64,000 bases of DNA from Desulfosoma sp. (GCA_037481835.1 JBBFKW010000005.1:32001-96000), one strand, 5' to 3'; positions 31,342-41,414 are shown, numbered from the stretch's first letter. A program made the numbers and translations. The notes: generated from the letters alone by a model not told the origin.

Positions 31342-31611
31342 ATGCTGAAAGCCATTCAGAAATTTTTCAGGGACAGAGGCAGCGCCGATACCGCCAAGAA
31401 ACGCCTGGGTGTCGTCCTCATGCACGACAGGCTCGACATCTCTCCCCAGTTGCTCGAAGCCCTCAAGAACGACATCATCGACGTGCTGTCTCGATACATG
31501 GAAATCGATCGCGGATCCATCAAGGTGGACTTTGAGAAGGGCAAGGATTACACCGCCCTTGTTTCCAACGTGCACGTAAAGCGGGTGTACCGCAACGCCG
31601 CCGCCACATGA
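31342..31611 (+). CDS. minE: Cell division topological specificity factor MinE
   Basis: SADTAKKRL...HDR...LKNDIIDVLSRY; follows minD. Confidence 0.92.
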   Translation: MLKAIQKFFRDRGSADTAKKRLGVVLMHDRLDISPQLLEALKNDIIDVLSRYMEIDRGSIKVDFEKGKDYTALVSNVHVKRVYRNAAAT

Positions 31612-31678
31612 TTCGCCTGTGCCCGAAAGGGCGCCGAAGTTCCTTTCGGCGGCGCGGGTGAGCCCTCGGATGATCGCC

Positions 31679-31918
31679 ATGGCGCTTCAGGTGCTTCTTG
31701 CCGCAACATTGAGACGCTTCGTTCCCGACTACGATCCTCTGACGGGCCTGGAGGTCACCGTCCCTTCGGCAATGACTGTCAAGGATTTGGTGGAGCGTTT
31801 GGGCCTGCCCACTGAAGAAATTAAGCTCATCATGGTCAACGGTGTCGCCTCGTCGTGGGAAACCGTCCTGCATGGCGATGAGCGGGTGGCATTCTTTCCG
31901 CCTGTGGGGGGAGGCTAA
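31679..31918 (+). CDS. MoaD/ThiS-family sulfur carrier
   Basis: Small beta-grasp ORF, IMVNG...GDERVAFFPPVGGG C-terminus. Confidence 0.85.
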   Translation: MALQVLLAATLRRFVPDYDPLTGLEVTVPSAMTVKDLVERLGLPTEEIKLIMVNGVASSWETVLHGDERVAFFPPVGGG

Positions 31919-32751
31919 CCGAGGCAAAGGCCCAGACCTTTGAGCCACGCGGAAACTTCGCGCCGCAGCAGGGCGTAGAATCGTTCGCTGCCTCCAAGCC
32001 CTTTGCGGCCGAAGTAGTAATTGATTTCCAGGAACAGAGGAGGCCCGGGTTTTCCGCCTTGAACTACGGGGAAGAGCAGGTCCATGCCCGCCAGGTTGAT
32101 CCCGGTGTCCCGGCACAGGGTTCGAACCCACCTTCGCCCCTCGGTCTGAAGGTCCGGATCGCTTTCGTGATCGATCACCGCCCCTTGAGCGGCGTTATGG
32201 AGAAACTGGGTGGAATCTTTCTGCACCCTCCAGTAGCTGAGCATCGTCTGCCCCACAACAACCACGCGAAGATCCCGGCCGTCGTTTTCCACAAACGGCT
32301 GGACCACGAACCCCCCGAAGCCGCTTCGCTCCATGCCTTCAAGAATCTTCAGGCACTCCAGGGCTTCTTCCGGCCTCTCGACCTTGAACACCAAATTTCC
32401 TTCTCCGCCGTGTGAACTCTTGAGCACGACGGGGTACTGGAGATCCTTCCAGAGGGACGCCGGGCAATGCTTGACGGACGAGAAAAGGCGGCTGGGGGGA
32501 TGGGGGAGCCCCAAGGCGCGGAAAAGGCGGATGTCCCCGATTTTTCCGGGATACAGGAATCGGGTGCGAAAATCGGGAAAAACGTGGCGGCAGTGGGCTG
32601 CAGCCATGCGATACAAGGGCTCAGGGCATCCTTGAGGAAGAATGACCGCGCGCGCTCGGCGCATCCATTGCCGATCTTCTTCGTCGGGTATGCGCCCGGC
32701 GCACAAGCGGTTCACATCCCCTTGGATCACCGGATGATAGGACACCACCAT
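31915..32751 (-). CDS. RimK/GshB-like ATP-grasp ligase
   Basis: PVVLKSSHGGEG, VQPF...DLRVVVVG, N..QG, GMDLL, FLEIN. Confidence 0.8.
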   Translation of the reverse strand: MVVSYHPVIQGDVNRLCAGRIPDEEDRQWMRRARAVILPQGCPEPLYRMAAAHCRHVFPDFRTRFLYPGKIGDIRLFRALGLPHPPSRLFSSVKHCPASLWKDLQYPVVLKSSHGGEGNLVFKVERPEEALECLKILEGMERSGFGGFVVQPFVENDGRDLRVVVVGQTMLSYWRVQKDSTQFLHNAAQGAVIDHESDPDLQTEGRRWVRTLCRDTGINLAGMDLLFPVVQGGKPGPPLFLEINYYFGRKGLGGSERFYALLRREVSAWLKGLGLCLG

Positions 32752-32763
32752 AAGATCCTCGTC

Positions 32764-35700
32764 TCACCCGGCGGGTTCGGCCTTCTTCCGGCCAAAGCCC
32801 ATGTGGCGGCGCAGGGCCTCCGCGGTGGCCGAGCCGCGTCCGCCTTGGACCATGGCCTCAGGCGTTCCGCAAAACACCACACGGCCTCCACGATCCCCGC
32901 TGCCGGGTCCCAGATCCACCACGTAGTCGCATGCCCCCACCACGTCCAGGTTGTGTTCGATGACCACGATGGTATGCCCTTGGCCGGTGAGCGCACGAAG
33001 CACCTTCAGGAGTTTGCCGATGTCCGCCCGATGCAATCCCGTGGTCGGCTCGTCCAAGAGGTAAAGAGTCGGAGCCCGATGGTTGGTGAGTTCCGCGGCG
33101 AGCTTGAGGCGCTGCGCTTCGCCGCCGGAAAGGGTGGGGCTCGGCTGCCCCAGAGTCAAGTAGCCCAGGCCCAGATCGTCCAAGACGACCAGAGGGCGAA
33201 CTACGGAGGGAACGGAAGCAAAGAACCGGCGCGCTTCGGCGATGGTCATCTGGAGCACATCGGCGATGGTCGCTCCGCGATAGGTGATGCCCAAAGTTTC
33301 CCGGTTGAACCGCCGTCCCGAACAGGCTTCGCACGGCACCGTCACATCGGGAAGAAAACTCATGGCCACCCGGATCCGCCCCTGGCCTTGGCAGGTCTCG
33401 CACCGCCCCCCCTTGACATTGAAAGAAAAGCGGCCGGCTCGGAAGCCCCGCGTTCGACTTTCGGGCACGGCGGCAAACAGCTTTCGGATCTCATCCCAAA
33501 TCCCCACGTACGTCGCAGGGGTCGAACGCGGGGTTCTCCCGATGGGCGTATGGTCCACTTCCACAATGCGGCGCAGGGCTTCATGCCCTTCAACGTCGTC
33601 CACAGGGATCGCGGGGTCGAGCCGCCCCTGGTGCTTTAGGGCGATCAAGGCTTCTTTGAGCACGTCGTAGACGAGGGAACTCTTGCCCGATCCCGAAACC
33701 CCCGTGACACAAACGAATGCGCCCAAGGGGAGGCGCACGTCGATCTGCTTGAGATTGTTGGCCCGAGCGCCTCGAACGACGAGCCATCCTTGGGGCTCGG
33801 GCCTTTCGGCCTTTGATGAACGGCCTTCGAAAAAATCCGTCCTGCCGAACCATTTTCCGGTCAAGGTGTCCGAGCGGTGCACCAAAACGTCAAACGGCCC
33901 TTCGGCCACGATGCGACCGCCTCCGCTGCCGGCCTCGGGGCCTAGTTCCACCACATGGTCGGCTTCCCTCATGGTGTCCACATCGTGCTCCACCACAAGA
34001 ACCGTGTTGCCTCGATCCGCGAGGGTCCGCAAATTTTTTAACAGCTTGGCATTATCTGCGGGATGGAGTCCGATGGTGGGCTCATCGAGAATGTAGCAGA
34101 CACCGCGAAGGTTTGAACCGAGCTGGGCGGCCAAGCGGATCCTCTGGGCTTCGCCGCCGGAAAGTGTGTCGCCGGAACGGCTGAGCGTCAAGTAATCCAA
34201 GCCCACGTTCATGAGGAAGGCCACCCTTTCCGCCATTTCGCGCGAGACCGGTTCCGCCACGGCCTGCTCGGCCCCTTGGAAGCGCAGCCCTTTCCAAGCG
34301 ATGTGAAAGTCCGTCAGAGGCAGATCCACCAGGTCCATGATGGAAAGGCCCTTGAGGCGGACTGCGCGGGCTTGGGCGTTCAGCCGGGCCCCTCGGCATT
34401 CCGGGCATGGGGCCTCGCCTTCCAGCCCGGTGCCCTGGCACCGCTGGCACATGCCGTGACGACTGTTGAAGGAAAACAGTCGGGGATCCAGGGGAGCATA
34501 GCTTTTTTCACACTCGGGACACATCAAATGACGGCTGAAGAAATGCTCCTCACCGCCGGAAACCATCACGGTCCCCCCGCCCAGTCGAAGGGCTTCCAGG
34601 ATGCGCCTTTGCAAGGCGCCGTCGCTCAGCCCCTCCACGGCCGGGCCATCCAGGACGACGAGCTCGATGTCGTGTTCCCGATGCCGGGCGATGGAAGGCG
34701 TCGGAGCAAGGGGAAGGATAACGCCGTCGATCCGCACCCGCTCAAAACCCATGCGGGACAGCCGCAAGAAAAGGTCTTTGTAAATCCCCTTGCGACCCCG
34801 CACGAGAGGGGCGAGGAGCATGCCGCGCCCGTAGCGCAGTTCGGCTTCCACCAGCCGCACGATAGCGTCGGGGTTCATGGCTTCCAGAAGCTTTCCGCAG
34901 GAAGGGCAGTGCTGTCGACCCAGCCGGGCGAAGGCCAAGCGCAGGAAATGATAGATCTCGGTAATGGTTCCCACGGTGGACTTTCGGCCCAACTGGGATG
35001 TTCTCTGTTCGATGGCCACGGTGGGGGGAAGCCCGAGAATCTGATCCACGTCGGGCTTTTCCAAGATCTTGAAATACTGGCGCACAAAGGCGGAAAGGCA
35101 TTCCAGGTAACGCCTCTGGCCTTCGGCGAAAAGGATGTCGAAAGCCAAGGACGATTTTCCCGACCCACTGAGTCCCGTGAAAACCGTCATGCCGTGGAGG
35201 GGCAATTTGAGTTCGTCCACCTTGAGGTTGTGTTCCCGAGCGCCGCGAACGATGATGTGAGAAGGCTTTTCGAACGGCTCCCGTTTTCGCGACCCGCTTT
35301 TTCTATCCGGATCTTCCAGGGGGTGAGTCGCCACCTGGGGCCCCAAGAGGCCGCGTTTTCTGAGATAGCGCCCCGTGTGGCTGTTTTCCACGGCCGCCAC
35401 CACGTCCGGAGGACCGGCCGCCACCACGTGTCCTCCCCGGTCGCCGCCTTCGGGACCCAAGTCGATGATCCAATCGCACGCGCTCAGCAGTTCCAGGTTG
35501 TGTTCGACGACCAAGACGGTGTGGCCCTCATCCACCAGCCGCTGCAGGATGGCGATGAGTTTCCGGAGGTCGTGGGGATGGAGCCCCACGGTGGGCTCGT
35601 CCAGGATAAAAAAGATGCCCTTGCCCGGCGGGCCCGATGGAGTCGTGCCCAGGTAGCGCAAAAGCTTCACTCTTTGGGCTTCGCCGCCGGAAAGCATGGT

Positions 35701-38136
35701 CAGCGGCTGACCGAGGCGGATATAATCCAGCCCGATGGCCGCCACCGGTTCCAGCGCCTTTCGAATGAGCCCGTGATCGGAAAAGATCTCCAGGATTTCC
35801 TGCGCCGTCTTTTCCAAAAGATCGGCAATGGACAGGCCGCGCACCCGGATGTCCAGGACTTCGTCGCGAAAGCGCCGCCCGTCACAGACCGGACAGCGCA
35901 CATAGGCATCGGCCAGGAACTGCATCTCGATCTTAAGAAAGCCTTCGCCCTTGCAATGATCGCATCGTCCCCCCGGGACGTTGAAGGAAAAATGCCCTTC
36001 CCCGTAGCCTCTGAGCCGGGCCTCGGCAGTGGCGGCGAAGAGCTTTCTCAGGGGGTCCATGACCTTGGTGTAGGTGAGCAGGTTCGCCCGAGGGGACCGA
36101 CCCACGGGCCTTTGGTCCACCAGGACCATGTCGGCGACGGCGTCGGCCCCTTGCAAAGAGCGGTGTCGGCCCGGCGTTTCTCCGGGTAGCCCTCGAAGAC
36201 GGCGCCAGCCGTGATAAAGGGTCGTCTCCACGAGCGTGCTTTTGCCGGATCCGGACACCCCGCTGACCCCGATGAGACAGCCGAGGGGGAAGGAGACCGT
36301 GATGTCCTTGAGATTGTTCTCCGATGCCCCTGTGATGGTGATGGCCTCCGAAGAGACCCTACGGGAGCGACCTTTGGCGATGGTCGCCAGCCGGGCTCCG
36401 GGCTGAGGATAGAGGTACCGTCCCGTCAGGCTTTCCGGCACGGACGGCAAGCCTTCCGGAGGGCCCTGATAGAGAATCCTTCCGCCCTTTTCCCCGCCGG
36501 ACGGCCCCATGTCGATGAGCTCGTCGGCCATGCGGACCATATCGGGATCGTGTTCCACGAGGAGCACGGTGTTTCCCAAAGAAACGAGCCGGCGCAAAGG
36601 GCCCATGAGCCGCTCCTGATCTCTCGCGTGCAGCCCCACACTGGGTTCGTCCAGCACATACAGCACGTGGGTAAGCGCGGAACCCAGGGCTCGGGTCAAG
36701 TGGACCCTCTGCACCTCGCCTCCTGAAAGGGTTCGGGATTGGCGATCGAGAGTGAGGTAATCCAGGCCAACGTCCGAAAGGAACTGGAGGCGGCTGCGGA
36801 TTTCGGTGGTGAGCAGCGCTGCGGCGGGGTCCTGCCGGCATCGCTCCCACAACCCATCGAAAAACGCCAAGGAGCGTTTCACAGACCAGGCGCACAACTC
36901 ATCGATGGCCACCCCGTCGAGGCGATAGACTCGGGCGGCGTCCCGATATCGGCTGCCGCCGCACTCCTGGCACGGCACGTAGGCTCGATATCGTGACAGG
37001 AAAACCCGCACGTGCATTTTGTAGGTCTTGGATTCCAGCCATTGAAAGAATCCGCGCACACCGTAGAAGCCGCCGTGGCCGTCAAGGATTTTACGGCGAT
37101 CTTCATCCGAAAGATCCCGGAAAGGGACGTCCACGGGGATGTGTTCGCGCCGGCAAAAATCCAACAGCTCCTCGTATTCCATGCGGTCCGGGGTCCAGGG
37201 GCGGATGGCCCCCTGACGCAGGGACAGTTTGGGGTCGGGGACGACCAGGTCCATATCCACATCGATGACCCGGCCGAATCCCCGACAATGCGGGCACGCG
37301 CCCAAGGGGCTGTTAAAGGAAAAGAGGTTGGGCGATGGCGGCTCGATGCTTACGCCGCACCGGGCGCATTTCAGGTCCTGGGAAAACCGTAGAAGCTCCC
37401 CGTCCACAACGGCGACCGCCGCTTCGCCGGTCCCCATGGCGAAAGCCGTGCGCAAAGAATCGAGCACCCGGGCCGGTTCGGCCTTGGCCCACAGAAGACG
37501 ATCCACCACGACAAGGAGATTCTCCGGGGACGGTTTCTTGAGTTCTTCCCGAGGCAAGGTCTCGAGGTCCACAACTTTTCCCGAGACATAGAGGCGCAAA
37601 AAACCCTGGGTCACGAGCTCCTGAGCCCATTTCTTTCCCGAGGGACGATAAGGAAAGCCGATGACGAGGCGGGACTCGGGGGGCAGATTCCGAAGGCTCT
37701 CGAGGACGGACTCGGGGTCTTCCTTGCGGACGACAGCGCCGCAGCGCGGGCAGTGAGGCACCGCCATGCGGGCGTAAAGGTATTTCAAATGGTCATTGAT
37801 TTCCGTCATGGTCCCGACGGTGGACCGGGAGCTGCGCACCGTGGTGGCCGATTCGATGGCAATGGCCGGAGGGATCCCCTCGATGACGTCGGCGTCGGGG
37901 CGGTCCATTCTTTCCAGAAACTGGCGGGCGTACGGGGAAAAGGTTTCCACGTACCGGCGCTGGCCTTCGGCGTACAGGGTATGGATGGCGAGACTGGATT
38001 TGCCGGACCCACTGACGCCGCTGACGGCGATGAGGCGATACAGGGGAAGATCCAGATCCAGGTTCTTGAGGTTGTGCTGGCGCACGCCGCGCAGTCGGAT
38101 TTGTGCGCCGTCTTCGGGACTGTGTTTCGAAACCAT
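32764..38136 (-). CDS. uvrA: Double-length excinuclease ABC subunit A (two tandem UvrA modules)
   Basis: Four Walker A motifs (GVSGSGKS three times, GLSGSGKS once), four LSGGE signatures, AEGQRRY and FSFN repeated. Confidence 0.93.
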   Translation of the reverse strand: MVSKHSPEDGAQIRLRGVRQHNLKNLDLDLPLYRLIAVSGVSGSGKSSLAIHTLYAEGQRRYVETFSPYARQFLERMDRPDADVIEGIPPAIAIESATTVRSSRSTVGTMTEINDHLKYLYARMAVPHCPRCGAVVRKEDPESVLESLRNLPPESRLVIGFPYRPSGKKWAQELVTQGFLRLYVSGKVVDLETLPREELKKPSPENLLVVVDRLLWAKAEPARVLDSLRTAFAMGTGEAAVAVVDGELLRFSQDLKCARCGVSIEPPSPNLFSFNSPLGACPHCRGFGRVIDVDMDLVVPDPKLSLRQGAIRPWTPDRMEYEELLDFCRREHIPVDVPFRDLSDEDRRKILDGHGGFYGVRGFFQWLESKTYKMHVRVFLSRYRAYVPCQECGGSRYRDAARVYRLDGVAIDELCAWSVKRSLAFFDGLWERCRQDPAAALLTTEIRSRLQFLSDVGLDYLTLDRQSRTLSGGEVQRVHLTRALGSALTHVLYVLDEPSVGLHARDQERLMGPLRRLVSLGNTVLLVEHDPDMVRMADELIDMGPSGGEKGGRILYQGPPEGLPSVPESLTGRYLYPQPGARLATIAKGRSRRVSSEAITITGASENNLKDITVSFPLGCLIGVSGVSGSGKSTLVETTLYHGWRRLRGLPGETPGRHRSLQGADAVADMVLVDQRPVGRSPRANLLTYTKVMDPLRKLFAATAEARLRGYGEGHFSFNVPGGRCDHCKGEGFLKIEMQFLADAYVRCPVCDGRRFRDEVLDIRVRGLSIADLLEKTAQEILEIFSDHGLIRKALEPVAAIGLDYIRLGQPLTMLSGGEAQRVKLLRYLGTTPSGPPGKGIFFILDEPTVGLHPHDLRKLIAILQRLVDEGHTVLVVEHNLELLSACDWIIDLGPEGGDRGGHVVAAGPPDVVAAVENSHTGRYLRKRGLLGPQVATHPLEDPDRKSGSRKREPFEKPSHIIVRGAREHNLKVDELKLPLHGMTVFTGLSGSGKSSLAFDILFAEGQRRYLECLSAFVRQYFKILEKPDVDQILGLPPTVAIEQRTSQLGRKSTVGTITEIYHFLRLAFARLGRQHCPSCGKLLEAMNPDAIVRLVEAELRYGRGMLLAPLVRGRKGIYKDLFLRLSRMGFERVRIDGVILPLAPTPSIARHREHDIELVVLDGPAVEGLSDGALQRRILEALRLGGGTVMVSGGEEHFFSRHLMCPECEKSYAPLDPRLFSFNSRHGMCQRCQGTGLEGEAPCPECRGARLNAQARAVRLKGLSIMDLVDLPLTDFHIAWKGLRFQGAEQAVAEPVSREMAERVAFLMNVGLDYLTLSRSGDTLSGGEAQRIRLAAQLGSNLRGVCYILDEPTIGLHPADNAKLLKNLRTLADRGNTVLVVEHDVDTMREADHVVELGPEAGSGGGRIVAEGPFDVLVHRSDTLTGKWFGRTDFFEGRSSKAERPEPQGWLVVRGARANNLKQIDVRLPLGAFVCVTGVSGSGKSSLVYDVLKEALIALKHQGRLDPAIPVDDVEGHEALRRIVEVDHTPIGRTPRSTPATYVGIWDEIRKLFAAVPESRTRGFRAGRFSFNVKGGRCETCQGQGRIRVAMSFLPDVTVPCEACSGRRFNRETLGITYRGATIADVLQMTIAEARRFFASVPSVVRPLVVLDDLGLGYLTLGQPSPTLSGGEAQRLKLAAELTNHRAPTLYLLDEPTTGLHRADIGKLLKVLRALTGQGHTIVVIEHNLDVVGACDYVVDLGPGSGDRGGRVVFCGTPEAMVQGGRGSATAEALRRHMGFGRKKAEPAG

Positions 38137-38201
38137 GGCACCCTTTCCACGCCCGTGTGTCGGACCGCCACACATCGCGCGTGGGCCAATTTCGGCAGTC
38201 G

Positions 38202-39599
38202 CTAGGCTTTCGTGAGCGTGATGAAGACCATCTCACCCTCGGTCCGGAAGCGCACGGGAGATCCGGAAACTCCGACACCGGCACTCGTATAACCGATCAT
38301 GTCCTTGTGTTTCCAGAGCCCCTGGACGAGGGAGCGAGGCGATCGGGTATGGGTGAACACCGGGCCGATGCGGGGCACTTGAATTTGACCGGCATGGGTG
38401 TGTCCGCACAGATACAGCGGCACGCCGTAACGAGCGGCTTCTTCGGCGATTTCCGGAGAGTGGACGAGCAAAATGACGAAGGCGCCTGGAGGAACCTGTG
38501 CCAAGGCGGCAGGGAGGTCGTCGGCGCGGAAGTAGTGGGGATCATCCACCCCGACGACGCAGAGGCAATCGGTGCCTCGCTGAAAACAGTGGGCTTCGTT
38601 GACGAGGAATCGGATGCCGTCGTCTTTCAAGGCGGCGACCATTTCCGGGCAGTCGTGATTGCCCAAAACCGCCAAAACCCCGTCTCGCGCCTTGATGTGG
38701 GGCACCAGGAGACGCAGCCGCCGGATGGCTTCGTCGCTGGGTCCGTAGTTTTCCATGCGGTAATCCCCGCCGAGAAGGCAGAGATCCACGGGCTCATCGG
38801 CGAGCCATTCCTGGAGGCGCTCCACCAAGCCGTCCAGACCGTCGAGGTGCAAGTCCGTCAAGAGCAGCAGGGTATAACCGTCGAAAGCAGGCGGGAGGTT
38901 GGGAAAAGCGAGACTCAGGCGCCGCTTCGTCACGTTGAGCGCATTGGCCTTGCCGGCGTCGATCAGCCGCAGCCATCGAAACACCGTGTTCATCACCACG
39001 CGATACAGCACGACGTCTTCAAAATGAAACATGTGGGCCCAAGGCGCCGTGCGGATCTGGCAGCTGGTCAATTCCCGAAAGCGCACCCGGGTGTTGACCG
39101 GCCTCGGATATCCTTCAAAAGGTTGCTGGGAGAGAATCTTTTTGAAAAAATGCGACCCCACGTAGGCCCCCACACAAAAGAGTAGGATCAGGGAGCCGAT
39201 CACCGCCGGATGGGTGCCCACGTAAGGAAAGAGCACGATGAAGGGGAACGCGCCCTCGAAAAGCTGGTCCAGGAGCGGCACCGTGCTGCCGCTGGTGAGA
39301 TTCAGTCGGCGCTTGACAAAGCTGGAAAGGAGATCCCCGGCCATGCTGAGCACGGCGGCCGCCCCGCCCGCAAACCATGGCAAACCAAGGATCGGGGCCG
39401 CCACCATCCCCGTGGCCACAGCGCCTGCCACCCCGCGAATCGTCTTGTTCGGCCCGAAAAGGGGCTTCCCATCCCAAAAAACACGGCCCCCGTCCACCGG
39501 GGCCGCCCAGCGCTTGTCAAAAAGAAACGCCAGCAGGGGAGGTGCGAAGTTGACAAGCCACAAGAGCACAAGAGCACTCAAAAAATTTTGCATACCCAT
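38202..39599 (-). CDS. CDP-archaeol synthase (CarS)-like membrane domain fused to a calcineurin-like metallophosphoesterase
   Basis: N-terminal N.APP...PVDGG...DGKPLFGPNKTIRG...GDLLSSFVKRR...LDQL; C-terminal DLH, GD, GNHD, H.P, GHTH. Confidence 0.85.
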   Translation of the reverse strand: MGMQNFLSALVLLWLVNFAPPLLAFLFDKRWAAPVDGGRVFWDGKPLFGPNKTIRGVAGAVATGMVAAPILGLPWFAGGAAAVLSMAGDLLSSFVKRRLNLTSGSTVPLLDQLFEGAFPFIVLFPYVGTHPAVIGSLILLFCVGAYVGSHFFKKILSQQPFEGYPRPVNTRVRFRELTSCQIRTAPWAHMFHFEDVVLYRVVMNTVFRWLRLIDAGKANALNVTKRRLSLAFPNLPPAFDGYTLLLLTDLHLDGLDGLVERLQEWLADEPVDLCLLGGDYRMENYGPSDEAIRRLRLLVPHIKARDGVLAVLGNHDCPEMVAALKDDGIRFLVNEAHCFQRGTDCLCVVGVDDPHYFRADDLPAALAQVPPGAFVILLVHSPEIAEEAARYGVPLYLCGHTHAGQIQVPRIGPVFTHTRSPRSLVQGLWKHKDMIGYTSAGVGVSGSPVRFRTEGEMVFITLTKA

Positions 39600-39664
39600 C
39601 CCATCGATCCCCCATCATCGTGCGCTATCACGGCGGCTCGGGCCACACCTCGGAGGATGTCACA

Positions 39665-40930
39665 GTGCGTAAGCCGGGCGCCGTGGTCTTTCGCTATCAT
39701 CCGTCGAACCGGTACAGCTTCCTGGCGCTTTTGGCCTCCTTGGAAGCCCGACAGGGCGGGGATGATACACCGATTCTTTGGCTGGATACCAGAACAAACG
39801 CCGAGACAGCCTCAACCCTCAGGCAATGGCTTGCGGCTTACGACCGACTGCTGGTCGCCTACTCCTTCATGACCTCCCAATGGGCCGAAACGGTCCGGGA
39901 AGTGCGCTTTTTGTCCCTTTTGCCGGAACGGAATGGATGCGTCCTTGCAGCGGGAGGGCCTCATCCGTCCGCCAGCCCACGATCGGTCCTTCAAGCCGGC
40001 TTCGATGTGGTGTGCCGGGGCGACGGCGAGCCCGTGTTTCCGGAATTGGTTCGTCGGTGGGCCGAGGGGGCGCCGCTGCATCCCATTCCGGGGCTTTACC
40101 TTCGCACCCCGGACGGTCCCATTTACACCGGGCCTCCTCGAAGGGCCAGCCTGGATCTCGTCCCGGCTCTTCCCCTCGCCCACGGGAAATACGGGCCCAT
40201 TGAAGTCACCCGGGGATGCCCCTACCGGTGCCGGTATTGCCAAACCCCGCGCCTCAAGGGCCGAAGGGTTCGCCACAGGAGCTTGGATGCAATTTTTCGG
40301 GCTGTGGAGACGATGATTCAAGCGGGTCGAAAAGATATTCGCTTTATTTCGCCTAACGCCTTCGCTTACGGGTCCCCCGACGGACGGCAGCTCAACCTGA
40401 CAGCGCTTCATGCCCTGTTGTCCGGCCTTCGGGACCGCCTATCCGTCACCGGCCGCATCTTCTTCGGCACCTTCCCTTCGGAGGTCCGCCCCGAATGGGT
40501 CCGGCCGGAAACGGTGGCTCTGGTGGCGCGCTACGCCGACAATCGTCAGCTTGTCATGGGGGCGCAAAGCGGAGATCCGCAAATGCTCGCCCGGATGGAG
40601 CGCGGCCATACCCCGGAAGATGTGCGCAGAGCATGCGCTGTCATGAAGACTTTCGGATTCCAGCCCATTGTCGACTTCATCCTCGGGCTGCCAGGGGAGA
40701 GGCGCGAGCAGATGGCACGTTCCGTGGATTTCATGGAAGAACTGGCCGAAGAAGGGGCTCGCATCCACGCCCACACCTTCATGCCCCTTGCCGGTACGCC
40801 CTGGGCCGCTCGGAAAGGCGAACCCATCCCGGATGACATCCGATCCCGCCTCGAACAGCTCATTTCCAGGGGCAAACTGTTCGGACAGTGGAAAGCCCAA
40901 GCCCGACTGGCCCGAAGTGCGATCCCATGA
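39665..40930 (+). CDS. B12-binding-domain radical SAM protein
   Basis: YSFMT, AGGPHPS, GDGE, EVTRGCPYRCRYC, GTFPSEVRPE, GAQSG, HTFMPL.GTP; GTG start after GGAGG. Confidence 0.88.
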   Translation: MRKPGAVVFRYHPSNRYSFLALLASLEARQGGDDTPILWLDTRTNAETASTLRQWLAAYDRLLVAYSFMTSQWAETVREVRFLSLLPERNGCVLAAGGPHPSASPRSVLQAGFDVVCRGDGEPVFPELVRRWAEGAPLHPIPGLYLRTPDGPIYTGPPRRASLDLVPALPLAHGKYGPIEVTRGCPYRCRYCQTPRLKGRRVRHRSLDAIFRAVETMIQAGRKDIRFISPNAFAYGSPDGRQLNLTALHALLSGLRDRLSVTGRIFFGTFPSEVRPEWVRPETVALVARYADNRQLVMGAQSGDPQMLARMERGHTPEDVRRACAVMKTFGFQPIVDFILGLPGERREQMARSVDFMEELAEEGARIHAHTFMPLAGTPWAARKGEPIPDDIRSRLEQLISRGKLFGQWKAQARLARSAIP

Positions 40931-41414
40931 GGCGACGCATTTTTCTGTGGTCGGACCGTCAACGTTTTGATATCAATTCGTTTGCCATTCCAATCCGCGA
41001 ACCTCCCCCGTTGGTTTTTTCTCTCGGCCTATGGAGGGTTCCGATGTCGCCTTGGACAGCCCCATTCTGCAAGCACCGGCTCCTCTTTTGCTCTACAACC
41101 TCGGTGTTTTTCAACCTTCTTCGCCCATCGACCCCATCGTGCAGGCTTTCTGAACCCCGTTGTTTTGATCCCTGGGCGTCTCGCAGCCTCGCGGCGTGCA
41201 CCCCTTTTGACCATAAAGTCCAACCCCGGCGCGACGAGGCAAAACAGGTGCCGGGTCGGGATCCCATGAGGATAAAGTGCGAGGGAAGGAGGTGGAAAAA
41301 ATCGGGCCAATGGGAAGACAGAAGGGCTGATTGTGCCTTCGGGCACGCTGTGTTCGGTCAGTTTTGTGTTTCGTTTCTAACCGATCCCCATCGCCTCGAC
41401 AAAGGAGCAGATCC

